From: Candidatus Bathyarchaeota archaeon | GTDB lineage: Archaea > Thermoproteota > Bathyarchaeia > Bathyarchaeales > DTEX01 | Length of the DNA: 64,000 nucleotides | Direction: 5' to 3' | Assembly: GCA_963714275.1 (NCBI GenBank) | Contig: CAVQNT010000006.1 | Coordinates: 448,001-512,000 of the forward strand | Program-made: the position numbers and the translations under genes | Shown: piece after piece, positions 1 through 11,109 of the stretch | How positions within the stretch are numbered: position 1 is the stretch's first letter | Layout: each line of letters begins with the position of its first letter | Notes under the pieces: model-generated | Databases searched by the model: none | Seen by the model: the letters and a program-made list of their open reading frames with translations, nothing else | Told to the model about the DNA's origin: nothing

Positions 1-204
1 TAGAACGTTATCTATCCAAAAGCAGAAATGGGACATAGACGATTAATAATAACCTTGATTTATTCTCAACTCGTTGACAACGGGTAAGGCGAGTTAACAG
101 TTAAGACGGCACGCACAGTTGAAAAGGCCTACAGCATGGTTGAAGCTGGATTCGAATTTGTTACCGAGATGGAAGGCGTGAAAATATTCAGAAAAAGAAA
201 ATAA
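1..204 (+). pseudogene. C-terminal fragment of a tyrosine recombinase/integrase, with in-frame stops
   Basis: Frame 1 reads MGHRRLIITLIYSQLVDNG*GELTVKTARTVEKAYSMVEAGFEFVTEMEGVKIFRKRK*. It has the GH...Y catalytic end motif and the GFE(F/Y)VTE..G.KIFRKRK tail I recall from Bathyarchaeia integrases. Stops at 1-3 and 85-87. Confidence 0.7.
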
Positions 205-330
205 GCAGATAATTAGAGAGTCTTATGGGAGACTTGGAAATGATTAATGTAAGACTAACTTATCCTCCACAAGATTTGGCTTCTTTATTTTCTGAATCCG
301 AGAGAAAATTCTATTTAAATTATTCAGAAT

Positions 331-868
331 TTGTTTCATCTGAGCGTATCTGAAACTGATGTTCAAGATTTTTTGCATTTTGTTATCGAAAAGGAAGAGA
401 TTTCACTATCTGAAGTAGAGGACATTAGAGTTATGCGATTTCCCTTTGAAGATTCTGAGGCAAAAAGAGAGCATGCTAACCGCCCGCCACGCTTCGAGGG
501 GGTAGTTTATTTTAGTCAATATATACCATCGATAAAAAGAATCGACATATATCCGCCCAGATTTAACTCAGAACATATTAGGAACATGGCAGCGAAACAG
601 ATCTGGAATGACGAAGAAATGCGTTATTATCTCTTTTGTTACGAACCAGTTAAGACACTTTTGCATGAGACTTCTCCACATAAAACGTAGAGAGAATGAG
701 GGCGCTATCAAGAAATTGTCCCAAAAATATATGATCTACTTTGAAATAAAGACCAAGGGCAAAGTCAAATATTCTAATATGGCATCATTTCTACTTCCTC
801 ACAGAAAAGGATGGGATCAAGATTTTCAGAAAAATAAACGACGTGCACAGTCTAGTGGATGTTACTAA
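331..868 (+). CDS. Putative zincin-like (HExxH) metallopeptidase, one frameshift
   Basis: Joining ORFs 331..690 and 608..868 near 670 gives KTLLHE-LLHIK, an HExxH motif. Confidence 0.45.
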
Positions 869-923
869 TTCACAATGTATTGCTGATGAGTTTATCGTGC
901 TATGCATTAGGATTATCTCTAAT

Positions 924-962
924 ACTTAGACACTTAAACACTTAAATCAATACCCTTATAAG
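924..962 (+). promoter_or_regulatory. Three tandem 8-bp repeats next to a TATA-like box
   Basis: ACTTAGAC-ACTTAAAC-ACTTAAAT at 924-947, followed by CTTATAAG at about 955-962, upstream of a small ORF and an RHH gene. Confidence 0.5.
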
Positions 963-1015
963 CAGGCAAGCACACAATATACTATGTGAATAAGCAAATT
1001 GAAGGTGTATGGAAA

Positions 1016-1090
1016 ATGATGACAAAACAACAACAAACGAAAGCAGCGCTTGATGGCATGTGGCAGTTTGCTTATTGGAAAAGCATATAG
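1016..1090 (+). CDS. Possible 24-aa micropeptide
   Basis: MMTKQQQTKAALDGMWQFAYWKSI*, preceded by SD-like GAAGGTG at 1001-1007. Confidence 0.35.
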   Translation: MMTKQQQTKAALDGMWQFAYWKSI

Positions 1091-1136
1091 CATGCGCGAA
1101 TCGTGCATAAAAAACTAACATTGGTTGGTAATTAAA

Positions 1137-1280
1137 ATGGGTCGAATTAGCGTGGATCTGCCAGATGAACTGGAAAAGAAGCTCAGGTTCAAGACCATCG
1201 AGATATTTGGCGGGAAAAAAGGCGACTTATCTAGAGCCGTTGAAGAAGCCATAAAAACATGGGTCGCTAAAGAAAAATAA
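1137..1280 (+). CDS. Ribbon-helix-helix (CopG-like) protein, 47 aa
   Basis: MGRISVDLPDELEKKLRFKTIEIFGGKKGDLSRAVEEAIKTWVAKEK. Below the ORF-track size cutoff. Confidence 0.75.
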   Translation: MGRISVDLPDELEKKLRFKTIEIFGGKKGDLSRAVEEAIKTWVAKEK

Positions 1281-1568
1281 ATGCGTGAACTTAATCATCC
1301 TTCCCCCGCCCTTTTTAGTGCAGCTTATTAAACTTTTTATCAACAACAGATACAACCATTCAACCTTGAGTGTCGGGACTTTCTGTGCAAGAGTAAAAGC
1401 TAAGGATTCCACAGCTATTATCAGTCGTCCCAGCATGCCTAAAGACAGACAACCTGCAAATCATCAATCACTTTCTTCGTACACGCTAATGCAATCTTCT
1501 ATTAGGACTTATTACTTTTCCCTAGTGTGAATATCCAGACTGGTGAACGTAACACGGAGTATGAATAA

Positions 1569-2943
1569 TTGAAGAAAACCAAGATCATTTGTACGATTGG
1601 TCCAGCCAGTCTTTCTCGAGACACGCTTGAGAAGATGTATCGCGCGGGAATGAATGGGGCCAGAATAAACACGGCTTATGGGACACTTGACCAGTACAGG
1701 GTTATCATCAGCAGCCTTCGAGAAGTGGCAGATATTCCGATAATTATCGATGTAAAGGGGCCTGAAATAAGGCTCAAAGCAAAAGGCAGGAGAACTATCA
1801 ATAAAGGCGACGTTCTTGAAGTAGGCAAAAACGAGGAAATAAGCTTCAACAACAACATTTATGACGATGTTGATATCGGTCAGAACGTTCTTATTGACAA
1901 TGGTAGGCTTAGAACACAAGTCATAGAAAAACAGAAAGGCGTATTGAAACTGCTTGCAACAACAAGCGGCGAAATAGATGACGGAAAAGGAGTCAACATC
2001 CCGAATAAGAAGACTCGCAGTTCCAACCCTCTCAAGTAAAGATCTGGAAATAGTAGATTTTGCGAAGGAGAATGATATTGAGTTCATAGCTCTTTCATTT
2101 ACCAGAAATGCTCAGGACGTAAATAACCTGAAGAAAAAGGCTTACGGGTTCAAGGGCGCAATCATTGCAAAAATCGAGAATTCTGAAGGCGTCGACAAAT
2201 TCAATGAGATCCTTAAAGCTGCAGACGGAATCATGGTGGCAAGAGGCGATTTAAGCGTCGAAATAGAACCTGAAAAGGTCCCTCTTGTCCAGAAATCAAT
2301 AATCAGAAAATGCAATCAAAGAGGAAAGACCGCTGTAACGGCAACAGAAATGCTTGAATCAATGACATACCAACCAATACCCACTAGAGCTGAAGTCAGC
2401 GATGTTGCCAATGCAATACTGGATGGAACAGAAGTAACAATGCTCTCGGGAGAAACAGCAATAGGACAGTATCCTGTAGAATCTGTCTTGATGATGTCTA
2501 GAATAGCGAACGAAACTGAAAAGGCAGTAGAAAATCACATCGAAGACGAAGGATTCATCAACATCTCAGACACCATAAGTAAGGCAGTCCAAAGGATATG
2601 CCAAGAAATGCCTGTGGACAAAGTCGTGACATTGACTAGGTCAGGCTATACAGCTCGAATGATCTCAAGATTCAAGATTCTTCAACCAATAATCGCCGTT
2701 ACACCTAATAAACGCGTCAAGAAACAACTGGAACTGTCGTTTGGTGTTTACCCTGTGCACATTGACTACATTAAAGAGGATGACCATATTCTCGCAACTG
2801 CAAATAAGCTTCATTCAATAGGCCTCATCCGCGACCAAGACACAATTCTTTTCACCGCAGCTTTCAGAACCTCTAAGCCACATTCGAGCAATCTAATTGA
2901 GATACACAACATCAGAGAACTTATACAGCTGACAGGAACATGA
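1569..2943 (+). CDS. pyk: Pyruvate kinase (one frameshift near 2010)
   Basis: KTKIICTIGPAS, ARINTAYG, IAKIEN, MVARGDL, ATEMLESM, PTRAEVSDVANA motifs. Confidence 0.95.
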
Positions 2944-3140
2944 CAAACTACCTTTGGGAACGGACTCTCCATAGTATCTTAACAGGGGAATATATGCTAG
3001 CTGACAAAAAACCACCTCATAGTAGCTACAGGTACTACTGATTTTGGAGATAAATCTTTTACTCGTGATATTCTGCAGGTGCACAAGTGCGATAAGAGTA
3101 ATTAGGCAAGAGACGCTAATTATTGACAAGATCGTAATTA

Positions 3141-4940
3141 TTGTCGTCTTCAGGAGTGCTCGATTCTTTGAGTGTGAAAGATCCTGTGTGTGGAATGCCC
3201 TTAGATCCTGAAAAAACTGAGTTCAAAACGGAGTTTTTGACTAAACAGTATTATTTTGACAGTGAATATTGCATGCAAAGCTTTATTGAAGGCCCTAAGG
3301 TCGCCTATTTTTCCATGGAAGTCGGCATAAAGAGTGATATGCCAACCTATAGCGGTGGACTGGGGATTTTGGCAGGTGATGTGATTAGATCAAGCGCGGA
3401 CTTGAGAATTCCATTGGTTGCAGTCACTTTGGTCAGTAAGAAGGGCTATCTGAAACAGAAGATAATGTCCGACGGAAGGCAATTGGAATACCCAGAGGAG
3501 TGGGAGCCTTCAAAATTTATGAAATTGTTGCCAGCAACTGTGACAGTTAAAATCGGAGGAAGGGATGTCAAGGTCGGAGTTTGGGTTTATGAACAAGAGA
3601 GTCTGACCGGTGGAATTGTTCCAGTTTTGTTTCTTACGACCGATGTTGAAGGAAATGTCCAAGAAGATAGAGAAATAACAGATTTTCTTTATGGGGGCGA
3701 CGAGATATATCGGCTGAAACAAGAGATAGTCTTGGGTATGGGCGGTGTGAAAACCCTTGAAGCGTTAAACATCAACGTGAAAAAGTATCACATGAACGAG
3801 GGTCATTCCAGCCTTCTCACTCTCGAACTTTTGAAAAATAATGAGATGAACGCCGATAAAGTGAAAAATCTGTGCGTTTTCACCACTCACACGCCTGTTG
3901 AAGCTGCATTTGACAAATTCCCTTACGATCTGGTCTTGGAAGTGCTTGGACCTGAAGTGCCGCAGGAGGTCTTGAGGAAGTATGGTGGATCGGACCGATT
4001 GAATATGACGCTTTTAGCTTTGAACTTGAGCAAATATACAAATGGCGTGACAGAGGCGCATATGGAGTACTCGAGGAGGCTATTTCCCGGATACCACATA
4101 CAAGAAATAACAAATGGCGTTCACTCCTATACATGGACCTGCCCATACTTCAGACAACTTTTCGACACGTATATTCGAGGATGGGCAAACGAACCAGAAC
4201 TTCTCGTAAGAGTTGACGCAATTTCAAATGAGGAATTGTGGGAAGCTCACATGAAAGCCAAGAAAGAACTACTTGATTTTATAAGGCAGAGAACGGGCTT
4301 AAAAATGGATATTGACGCATTGACACTCGGTTTTGCAAGGCGGGCTACGGAATACAAGAGAGCAACTCTAATCTTTTCAGACATGAAGAGGCTCAGAGAA
4401 GCGAAAAGGCAAGGCAAAATTCAGTTAGTGTTTGCTGGGAAGTCGCACCCCAAGGATGAGGCGGGTAAGAAATTGATTAAAGACATCTACAGCTATATTG
4501 ACAGATTGAAGAATGAGATTGAAATAGTCTATCTTGAAAACTACGATATGGAAATGTCAGCGAAACAAACATCAGGCGTTGATGTTTGGTTAAATACGCC
4601 CCTGCCGCCTTACGAGGCTTCCGGGACAAGTGGTATGAAAGCCGCGCACAATGGCGTAATAAACTTCAGTGTCCTAGATGGCTGGTGGATTGAAGGTTGT
4701 ATTGAGGGCGTTACAGGCTGGGCAATAGGTCCATCACCCAATCAAGCAGTCAGCGAAGAGGAGAAAAGAAACAGAGAATTAACGGATCTCTACAGTAAGC
4801 TGGAATATCTCATAATTCCAAGATTCTACGAGGAGCGAGACAATTGGATAAGCATGATGAGAAACTCAATAGGAAAAGTTGCATATTATTATAATAGTCA
4901 TCGGATGATGCGAAGTTATGCGACATATGCCTACCTCTGA
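3141..4940 (+). CDS. glgP: Alpha-glucan phosphorylase with an N-terminal YHS/TRASH domain
   Basis: YFSMEVG, YSGGLGILAGD, HMNEGH and the PLP motif EASGTSGMK. N-terminus KDPVCGM...YYFDSEYC. Confidence 0.92.
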   Translation: MSSSGVLDSLSVKDPVCGMPLDPEKTEFKTEFLTKQYYFDSEYCMQSFIEGPKVAYFSMEVGIKSDMPTYSGGLGILAGDVIRSSADLRIPLVAVTLVSKKGYLKQKIMSDGRQLEYPEEWEPSKFMKLLPATVTVKIGGRDVKVGVWVYEQESLTGGIVPVLFLTTDVEGNVQEDREITDFLYGGDEIYRLKQEIVLGMGGVKTLEALNINVKKYHMNEGHSSLLTLELLKNNEMNADKVKNLCVFTTHTPVEAAFDKFPYDLVLEVLGPEVPQEVLRKYGGSDRLNMTLLALNLSKYTNGVTEAHMEYSRRLFPGYHIQEITNGVHSYTWTCPYFRQLFDTYIRGWANEPELLVRVDAISNEELWEAHMKAKKELLDFIRQRTGLKMDIDALTLGFARRATEYKRATLIFSDMKRLREAKRQGKIQLVFAGKSHPKDEAGKKLIKDIYSYIDRLKNEIEIVYLENYDMEMSAKQTSGVDVWLNTPLPPYEASGTSGMKAAHNGVINFSVLDGWWIEGCIEGVTGWAIGPSPNQAVSEEEKRNRELTDLYSKLEYLIIPRFYEERDNWISMMRNSIGKVAYYYNSHRMMRSYATYAYL

Positions 4941-5054
4941 ACATGAACGAGAGAAGACAAGGACCTATATGAAGGAGCAAATCTTATCTTCTTGAGATCC
5001 TCCTTGAGCAAGGAGTTCAATGGAAGCGACCGAATTTAGACAAAAAAGCTTTAA

Positions 5055-5315
5055 CTAGTCCTCTTCTGCGTCTCCGCTCTCTTCGTCCTCTTCTTCCTCT
5101 TCTTCTTCAGATTCGACTTTCTCTCTTTCCGTTAACTCTTTCTTTTCCTCTTTCTCAAGCTCTTCCTCTAAATACTTCCTAAAAACAGCTTCTTTATCTA
5201 AAGTCCATTCAACCATCTCGTTCATCATGTCACTGAAAGAGATTTCATACTCGCTAGCCAATTTCCTAACTTTCCGCTCATACTTTTCGAGGAGAGATAT
5301 CCTAACTTGAACCAT
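5055..5315 (-). CDS. Small RHH-like protein with an acidic tail
   Basis: MVQVRISL strand plus two helices, then a Glu/Asp-rich C-terminus. SD GAGGTGA upstream. Confidence 0.5.
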   Translation of the reverse strand: MVQVRISLLEKYERKVRKLASEYEISFSDMMNEMVEWTLDKEAVFRKYLEEELEKEEKKELTEREKVESEEEEEEEDEESGDAEED

Positions 5316-5796
5316 CCTTTAGGCATCACCTCAAACTTAGAAATGTCTCTAGTTAAGATATTTTTATTGAGGTTAGTTATTTATAATATTGTTGTATAAA
5401 ATTGAGTCAGCTAGTAAAACTCTAAATAGTTTTAATATTTATTTCAGGAATGACCCTGAGCTCATCAGATTAATTAAAGTAAAAGTTTCGAAATATCTTA
5501 ATCAAGATTATAATGGGGATAAACAAAATGAATTTAAAATCACTTACGGAAGAAAATATCGAAAAGGTTTTAAATGAGCTTAACAAAAAAATCGCTATAG
5601 GTTTATCTAAAGAAGACCGAAAACAGGAGTTACTTAATTAGCTCAGCTAGCCACTCATGTCATGACAAATAAGTTAACAGTGCCTTCAATTGGGATTCTG
5701 GTCAAGATAAATGTGGTCAAAATGTTTTGGTCAAAACAGTTTGGTGATTATAATTTTAAATATTCGGATGGGCATTTGTGCTAGTAGTGGTGTGAT

Positions 5797-6074
5797 ATGG
5801 AACATTTAGAAATAGAAACTCTAAACACGAGCATCGTTGACTGGGTTCAGAAGAACTTCGTAGAAGCCATGATTCCGTTTCACATTGATAAAAAAGATTT
5901 TAAGTTTTACAGAGTCCTTAACATACCGAAGGTTTGGAAAGAAAACGACTATTGGATTGTAGAAGCAAAAATAGAATTTAGTTAAGAACTCAAAAAACGA
6001 CTACCATCGTTTTTCAAGTTGATGGTAAAGGAAATGTCATTGGATACAACGTCCCACAATTGACTGATATATGA
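5797..6074 (+). CDS. Hypothetical protein (probable frameshift near 5985)
   Basis: ORF 5797..5985 continues in another frame as TTIVFQVDGKGNVIGYNVPQLTDI*. Confidence 0.45.
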
Positions 6075-6300
6075 TAGCCAAGATTTGTGAGCATTACCTC
6101 AAGCTTAGTGAGCTTACTAGTTTCTATAGTTCTTCTTTATCTCGATGATCTCTGACTAAGAGATAATAAAACTGTAATCTTTCTAAGCTCAGCTAGCAGA
6201 AAATTATATGGATTTTTTCTAATAAAATATGGCTTTAAAGAGTAATAGAAAGGAGAATAGAAAGAAGAAAAGAAAAAGATTAAAATTTAAGCCTCAAATC

Positions 6301-7182
6301 TTAATCTTTCTTATCAGCAGTTTCTTGTTTTTTTCTTTGGATAAGTGCGTTCACTGCGTTGGCAAGAGATTCGCATGCGGCTTCTCTGTCTTCAAGCGAG
6401 AAATCGAACTCTTGGTTCTCACCTTCTTTCTGGAGGTCTCGTGTCTGCCCTGTAACCAGCTGTTTCAGCTTCTCGTATTCGTATCTTAGCTGTTCTTGTT
6501 CAGCAGCGAAATTCGTCTCAGCTAGTCTGAGATTCCTTTGTGCATGATTCAGTTTCTCAGATGCTTCCGCCTCTTTCGGTCTCTCGGTCTTTTTCAAGAA
6601 AATTCCAAAAATGCCCTTTTTCGTTTGGGTTATGCGGCCCAGTTCTTCTCTGAGATTGTCAACATCGCGGGATAGTTTGCTGGTATCACGGTTTTTGCGC
6701 TCCTCAATCTCTTTTGACTTGGCAGCGTATTCTTTCTCGATTCGTCCAAGAAGGTTTCTGTTTTCCGAGAATCTTTTGGCAGCCCCCTCGCGAGAAGCCT
6801 CATTGTGCCGTACTTTTTCAAGATGGACCTTGATGTTCGAGACTATTTTCGAACGCTCCTTCATGTAATGTTCATCAACATTTATGGTGGGACTGGACTC
6901 AAACTCGGACAGAACGTCTCCTAGGCTGGCTAGCCAGCGGTCAAAGTGTTCGTAGAACGGTGGAAGGGCAAACCTCTGGCTCCCCAAGATGCGTAGGCTG
7001 TTGAAGGTTCTACCCGCAACCTCTTCCGGAGTCGGAACATGTTTCTCCTCCGAAAAGTAACTGCGGCTGGACCGTTGCCTCTTTTTTTTGGCTTTAGCTT
7101 TAGCCTTTTCATGCCCCGACCTTTCGTGCCGTCGACCATAGTCTTGGGGTGCACTTGCCCGCGGTTGGTATCCCATAAACAA
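6301..7182 (-). CDS. Coiled-coil hypothetical protein
   Basis: 293-aa ORF with a basic N-terminus and long charged helical regions. Confidence 0.7.
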   Translation of the reverse strand: MFMGYQPRASAPQDYGRRHERSGHEKAKAKAKKKRQRSSRSYFSEEKHVPTPEEVAGRTFNSLRILGSQRFALPPFYEHFDRWLASLGDVLSEFESSPTINVDEHYMKERSKIVSNIKVHLEKVRHNEASREGAAKRFSENRNLLGRIEKEYAAKSKEIEERKNRDTSKLSRDVDNLREELGRITQTKKGIFGIFLKKTERPKEAEASEKLNHAQRNLRLAETNFAAEQEQLRYEYEKLKQLVTGQTRDLQKEGENQEFDFSLEDREAACESLANAVNALIQRKKQETADKKD

Positions 7183-7278
7183 AATCGTCTACGATTAACG
7201 TATTTAATGCTTTGTTTCCATATTTTGCCATATTTTTTGGCATCACACATAAATTGCGAAAAATGTATTATTTCATGA

Positions 7279-7742
7279 ATGTTGGGTGAGGTGCCTGAAT
7301 TGACAGATTTGATAATCACAAGCCCCATTTTTGCACACAACAGCTTAATTCCAGCAAAGTATACGTGCGATGGCGAAAACGTGAATCCTCCACTAAACAT
7401 CAATGGAATTCCAGAAGGGACAAGGAGCCTCGTTCTGATAGTTGATGACCCAGATGCCCCAATTGGAACATGGGTTCATTGGGTTGTCTGGAGCCTTCCG
7501 CCAAAAGCAACAATCGAGGAAAACATGATTTCAGAAACTGAAGGATTAAACGATTTCAGGAGGCAACAGTATGGTGGACCGTGCCCTCCTTCTGGGACGC
7601 ACAGGTATTTCTTTAAGGTCTATGCTTTGGACACTGTGCTTGAAGCTGAAGTCCAAATTCGAGAAAGAAAGACGTCGAAAAGGCAATGTCTGGACACACA
7701 TTAGCAAAAGGAGAGATTGTAGGACTTTATCGAAGAAGATGA
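7279..7742 (+). CDS. YbhB/YbcL (PEBP-family) protein, C-terminal frameshift
   Basis: YTCDGENVNPPL, DDPDAP, WVHW, YGGPCPPSGTHRYFF. Confidence 0.92.
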
Positions 7743-7870
7743 CTTGTAGTGACTTACAAGTTTTTCAATGCCCCAAATGTTGACAATAACACAATGAATC
7801 GTGGATTAAAAAAATGGAAAAGGTTATTCAGAGGTGAAACAATAAGGGTAAAGATGTGCGGTGAAAGATT

Positions 7871-9112
7871 TTGAAGGCAACCATTATCGCTTCCGTAATG
7901 GGAGTTTTGGGCTTCAGCGAAGACGGGAAGGTCGCAGCAAGCAGGCTTTTCCCTAAGGAGGCGTCGAAAATGGCCTCGAAACTCGTGGACATCGAAACAG
8001 GAAAGGTCACTGACGACGTATCCGCTGTGGTTCAGGAACTGAAGCAAAAAGGCTACACGACATATATTTTTGAAAATAGCGTGTTAGGGCAGTCAGTTAA
8101 AATCCGACTTGGCGTAGACATTGAGGTAGCTGCCCCGTCGGAAATGGGCGAAAACCTCCGAAAAAAAATGGGCGAATACGCAGTAACGTTAGGGTTCGTT
8201 GGCGATGCTTCAGAGTTGGCACAGTGGGTACACAACGTTTCGATGGAAGTGTCCCAATTAAAGGTCAGGAAAGCAACCGAAAAAAGGGACCTCATGATCG
8301 TGCAGGCTGTTCAGGCTCTTGACGACATGGATAAAACCTTGAACCTTCTGTCAGAACGAATGCGCGAGTGGTACGGGCTGCATTTTCCAGAGCTCGACAG
8401 GATTGTTGATAACCACGATGTTTACGCTCAGCTCGTAAGCAATCTGGGCAAAAAAGAAGAATTCACCCAAGAAAACCTTGAGAAGCTTGATGTTTCAAAA
8501 AACAAATCTTCACAACTCGCGAAAGCAGCCAAATCGTCGATGGGCGGAACCCTCAGAGATCCGGACGTGAAACAGATTCAAGATTTGTGCCGTTACATAT
8601 TAGGGTTGTTTGAAGAAAGGGGAAATCTTGAGAAGTACATTGGGGAATTAATGGAGGAAGTTGCACCCAACACCTCAGTCCTAGCAGGAGCAACATTAGG
8701 CGCTCGGCTCATTGCCATAGTTGGCGGATTAATGAACTTGGCGAAGATGCCTTCAAGCACAATTCAGGTGTTAGGAGCTGAAAAGCTCTGTTCAGGTCAT
8801 TAACTACAGGTGCCCGTCCGCCGAAGCACGGCATAATCTTCCAGCACACCTCCATACACGGGTCGGAACGTTGGCTAAGAGGAAAAATTTCTAGAGTCTT
8901 CGCTGGAAGACTTGCCATCGCCGTAAGAACCGACGCGTTCAGTGGAAGACTTCATAGGCGAAAAGTTGAAGGCGGACCTTGAAAAAAGAATCGCGGAACT
9001 CCAAAAGAAGTACCCGGAACCTAAACCAAGATCGTCAGAAAGAAGACCCATGCAGTTTAGAGGTAAATCTGGACCACCGCAAAGAAGGAAAAAGTATGGA
9101 CGTAGGGGTTAA
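7871..9112 (+). CDS. nop5: C/D box sRNP protein Nop5 (Nop56/58), frameshifts near 8790 and 8950
   Basis: [32 protein letters not shown], then [10 protein letters not shown] in the shifted frame. Directly upstream of fibrillarin. Confidence 0.92.
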
Positions 9113-9797
9113 ACCTCACCCCTCTTTTCTAGGTGTTTACCAAGTTACGCTTGAAGATCGGTCACACAAAACTGCGACTTTAAACCTGTCCCCGGGCAGA
9201 AACGTTTACGGCGAACGACTAATAAAAATCGACAACACCGAGTATAGGCTTTGGGACCCCTTCCGCAGCAAACTGGCAGGCGCTATTCTGAAAGGCTTAA
9301 AAAATCAACCCATTAGACCAGACTGCAAGGTTTTGTATTTAGGCGCAGCTTCAGGGACCACCGCAAGCCACGTGTCAGACATCGTTGGAGACAAAGGCTA
9401 CGTGTACTGCGTGGAGTTTGCCCCAAGGTCAATACGGGACCTAATAGACAATGTTTGCAGGTTCCGAACCAACATGGCTCCAATTCTTGCTGACGCCCGA
9501 TTTCCAACTCAATACATGTCGATGGTTGAAACTGTTGATGTAGTTTACTGCGACATCGCTCAACCTGAACAGGCTAAAATTCTCGCGAACAACGCTAAAG
9601 TCTTCCTTCAAAGAAGCGGGTGGGTATTGTTTGCAGTGAAAGCCCGAAGCATCGACGTAACCAAGGAGCCTTCAGAAGTCTATAAACATGAAATCGGAGT
9701 GCTCAAAGAAAATGGGTTCGCAATTTACGAAGTGATCCACCTTGAACCCTACGACAAAGACCACGCCATGATAACAGCAAAATACACATCAAACTGA
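9096..9797 (+). CDS. flpA: Fibrillarin-like rRNA/tRNA 2'-O-methyltransferase
   Basis: VYGERL, WDPFRSKL, VLYLGAASGTTASHVSD, DIAQPEQA, LEPYDKDH. Confidence 0.95.
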   Translation: MDVGVKPHPSFLGVYQVTLEDRSHKTATLNLSPGRNVYGERLIKIDNTEYRLWDPFRSKLAGAILKGLKNQPIRPDCKVLYLGAASGTTASHVSDIVGDKGYVYCVEFAPRSIRDLIDNVCRFRTNMAPILADARFPTQYMSMVETVDVVYCDIAQPEQAKILANNAKVFLQRSGWVLFAVKARSIDVTKEPSEVYKHEIGVLKENGFAIYEVIHLEPYDKDHAMITAKYTSN

Positions 9798-9910
9798 TTT
9801 TTATGGTCTATTCCAAAAAAATGCACTAACAATATTTTTTCGTGCTTATTTTAATCAGCTTTATTTAATTTTGAATCGACAATTAATGTAGACTTGGAGA
9901 GGCATTACCG

Positions 9911-11083
9911 TTGACCACACAAATGACGTCAAAAGAAAGAATGCTGACAGCTTTTCGAAACAAACAACCAGATAGGGTTCCTGCTTCACCTGACATTTCG
10001 AACATGATTCCAGCCAAACTTACTGGCAAACCTTTCTGGGACATCTACTTGAATGGGAATCCGCCATTATGGAAGGCGTACATCGAGGCTGTAAAATATT
10101 ACAAAATTGACGGTTGGCAATATGCTGGTCAGCTTGGACCTTTAATCGATTCGAATAAGGCTTTAAGACCCGTTAATGAGAATGATAAAAGAAAGTTCAA
10201 AAACGAGTTAGTTAACAAGACCGACGATGTCATCGTGGTTCGGACGTATTGTAGAACTCCTAAAGGCGAACTGTGGTCAGAAACACACTATTACAGGAAC
10301 CAGCCGCCGTGGACAACGAGGAAATACTTTAAAGACTTCGAGAAAGAATTCGAGCATCTACAATACTTTTACCCCGACCCATCCAACCTGAGCGGAGAAG
10401 CCTACTGGACAATAACAAAAGCCATGGGAGACTTGGGAACAACGGGATTATCCATCGGGCTGCCTGGGTTCCAAAACCTCTTCGAACTGATTGACGGCGG
10501 CTTACCTGAAATCTGCAGACTCTACATGCAGAAACGTCACCTCATTGAAGAATATCGCCGAATGTTCCACGACTACACAGTCAGCTACGCTGAAAGGGGG
10601 CTTCAGATTCAGCCCGAGTTCCTGATGATAGGCGCCTCTGGTCTGCTAACGTTGCAGTCACCCAAAATTTTCAGGGAACTCAGCCTTCCAACATTAAAGG
10701 AAGCCACCAAAATGGCTAAAGAAGCTGACATTCCTTCGCATCTGCATTCCTGCGGCAAAGAAACGTACGTAATCGAAACAGTGGTCAACGAAACTGACCT
10801 ATCATCCATCGAACCGTTGGAGCCTCCACCCGGAGGAGACTGCGACTTGGCTGAAATAAAGAAGCTTTATGGCGATAAAATAGCCTTAAAAGGCAACATT
10901 CATACAACAAGGTTGCTTATGGCTTCACCGAAACAGGTCGACATGATGGCCAAAGAATGCATAGAAGCAGCCAAAGAAGGCGGCGGATACGTACTTTCAA
11001 CAGGAGACCAGGTTGGAAGAGACACGCCTGACGAAAACATTTTAGCCATAGTTAAGGCAGCAAAAAAATACGGAAAATACTAA
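9911..11083 (+). CDS. Uroporphyrinogen decarboxylase / MtaA-CmuA family protein
   Basis: MTSKER..A...QPDRVP N-terminus, HLHSCG, ALKGNI, GGGYVLSTGD. Confidence 0.8.
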   Translation: MTTQMTSKERMLTAFRNKQPDRVPASPDISNMIPAKLTGKPFWDIYLNGNPPLWKAYIEAVKYYKIDGWQYAGQLGPLIDSNKALRPVNENDKRKFKNELVNKTDDVIVVRTYCRTPKGELWSETHYYRNQPPWTTRKYFKDFEKEFEHLQYFYPDPSNLSGEAYWTITKAMGDLGTTGLSIGLPGFQNLFELIDGGLPEICRLYMQKRHLIEEYRRMFHDYTVSYAERGLQIQPEFLMIGASGLLTLQSPKIFRELSLPTLKEATKMAKEADIPSHLHSCGKETYVIETVVNETDLSSIEPLEPPPGGDCDLAEIKKLYGDKIALKGNIHTTRLLMASPKQVDMMAKECIEAAKEGGGYVLSTGDQVGRDTPDENILAIVKAAKKYGKY

Positions 11084-11109
11084 GACATCATTTCATATAT
11101 TGTTGTAGG

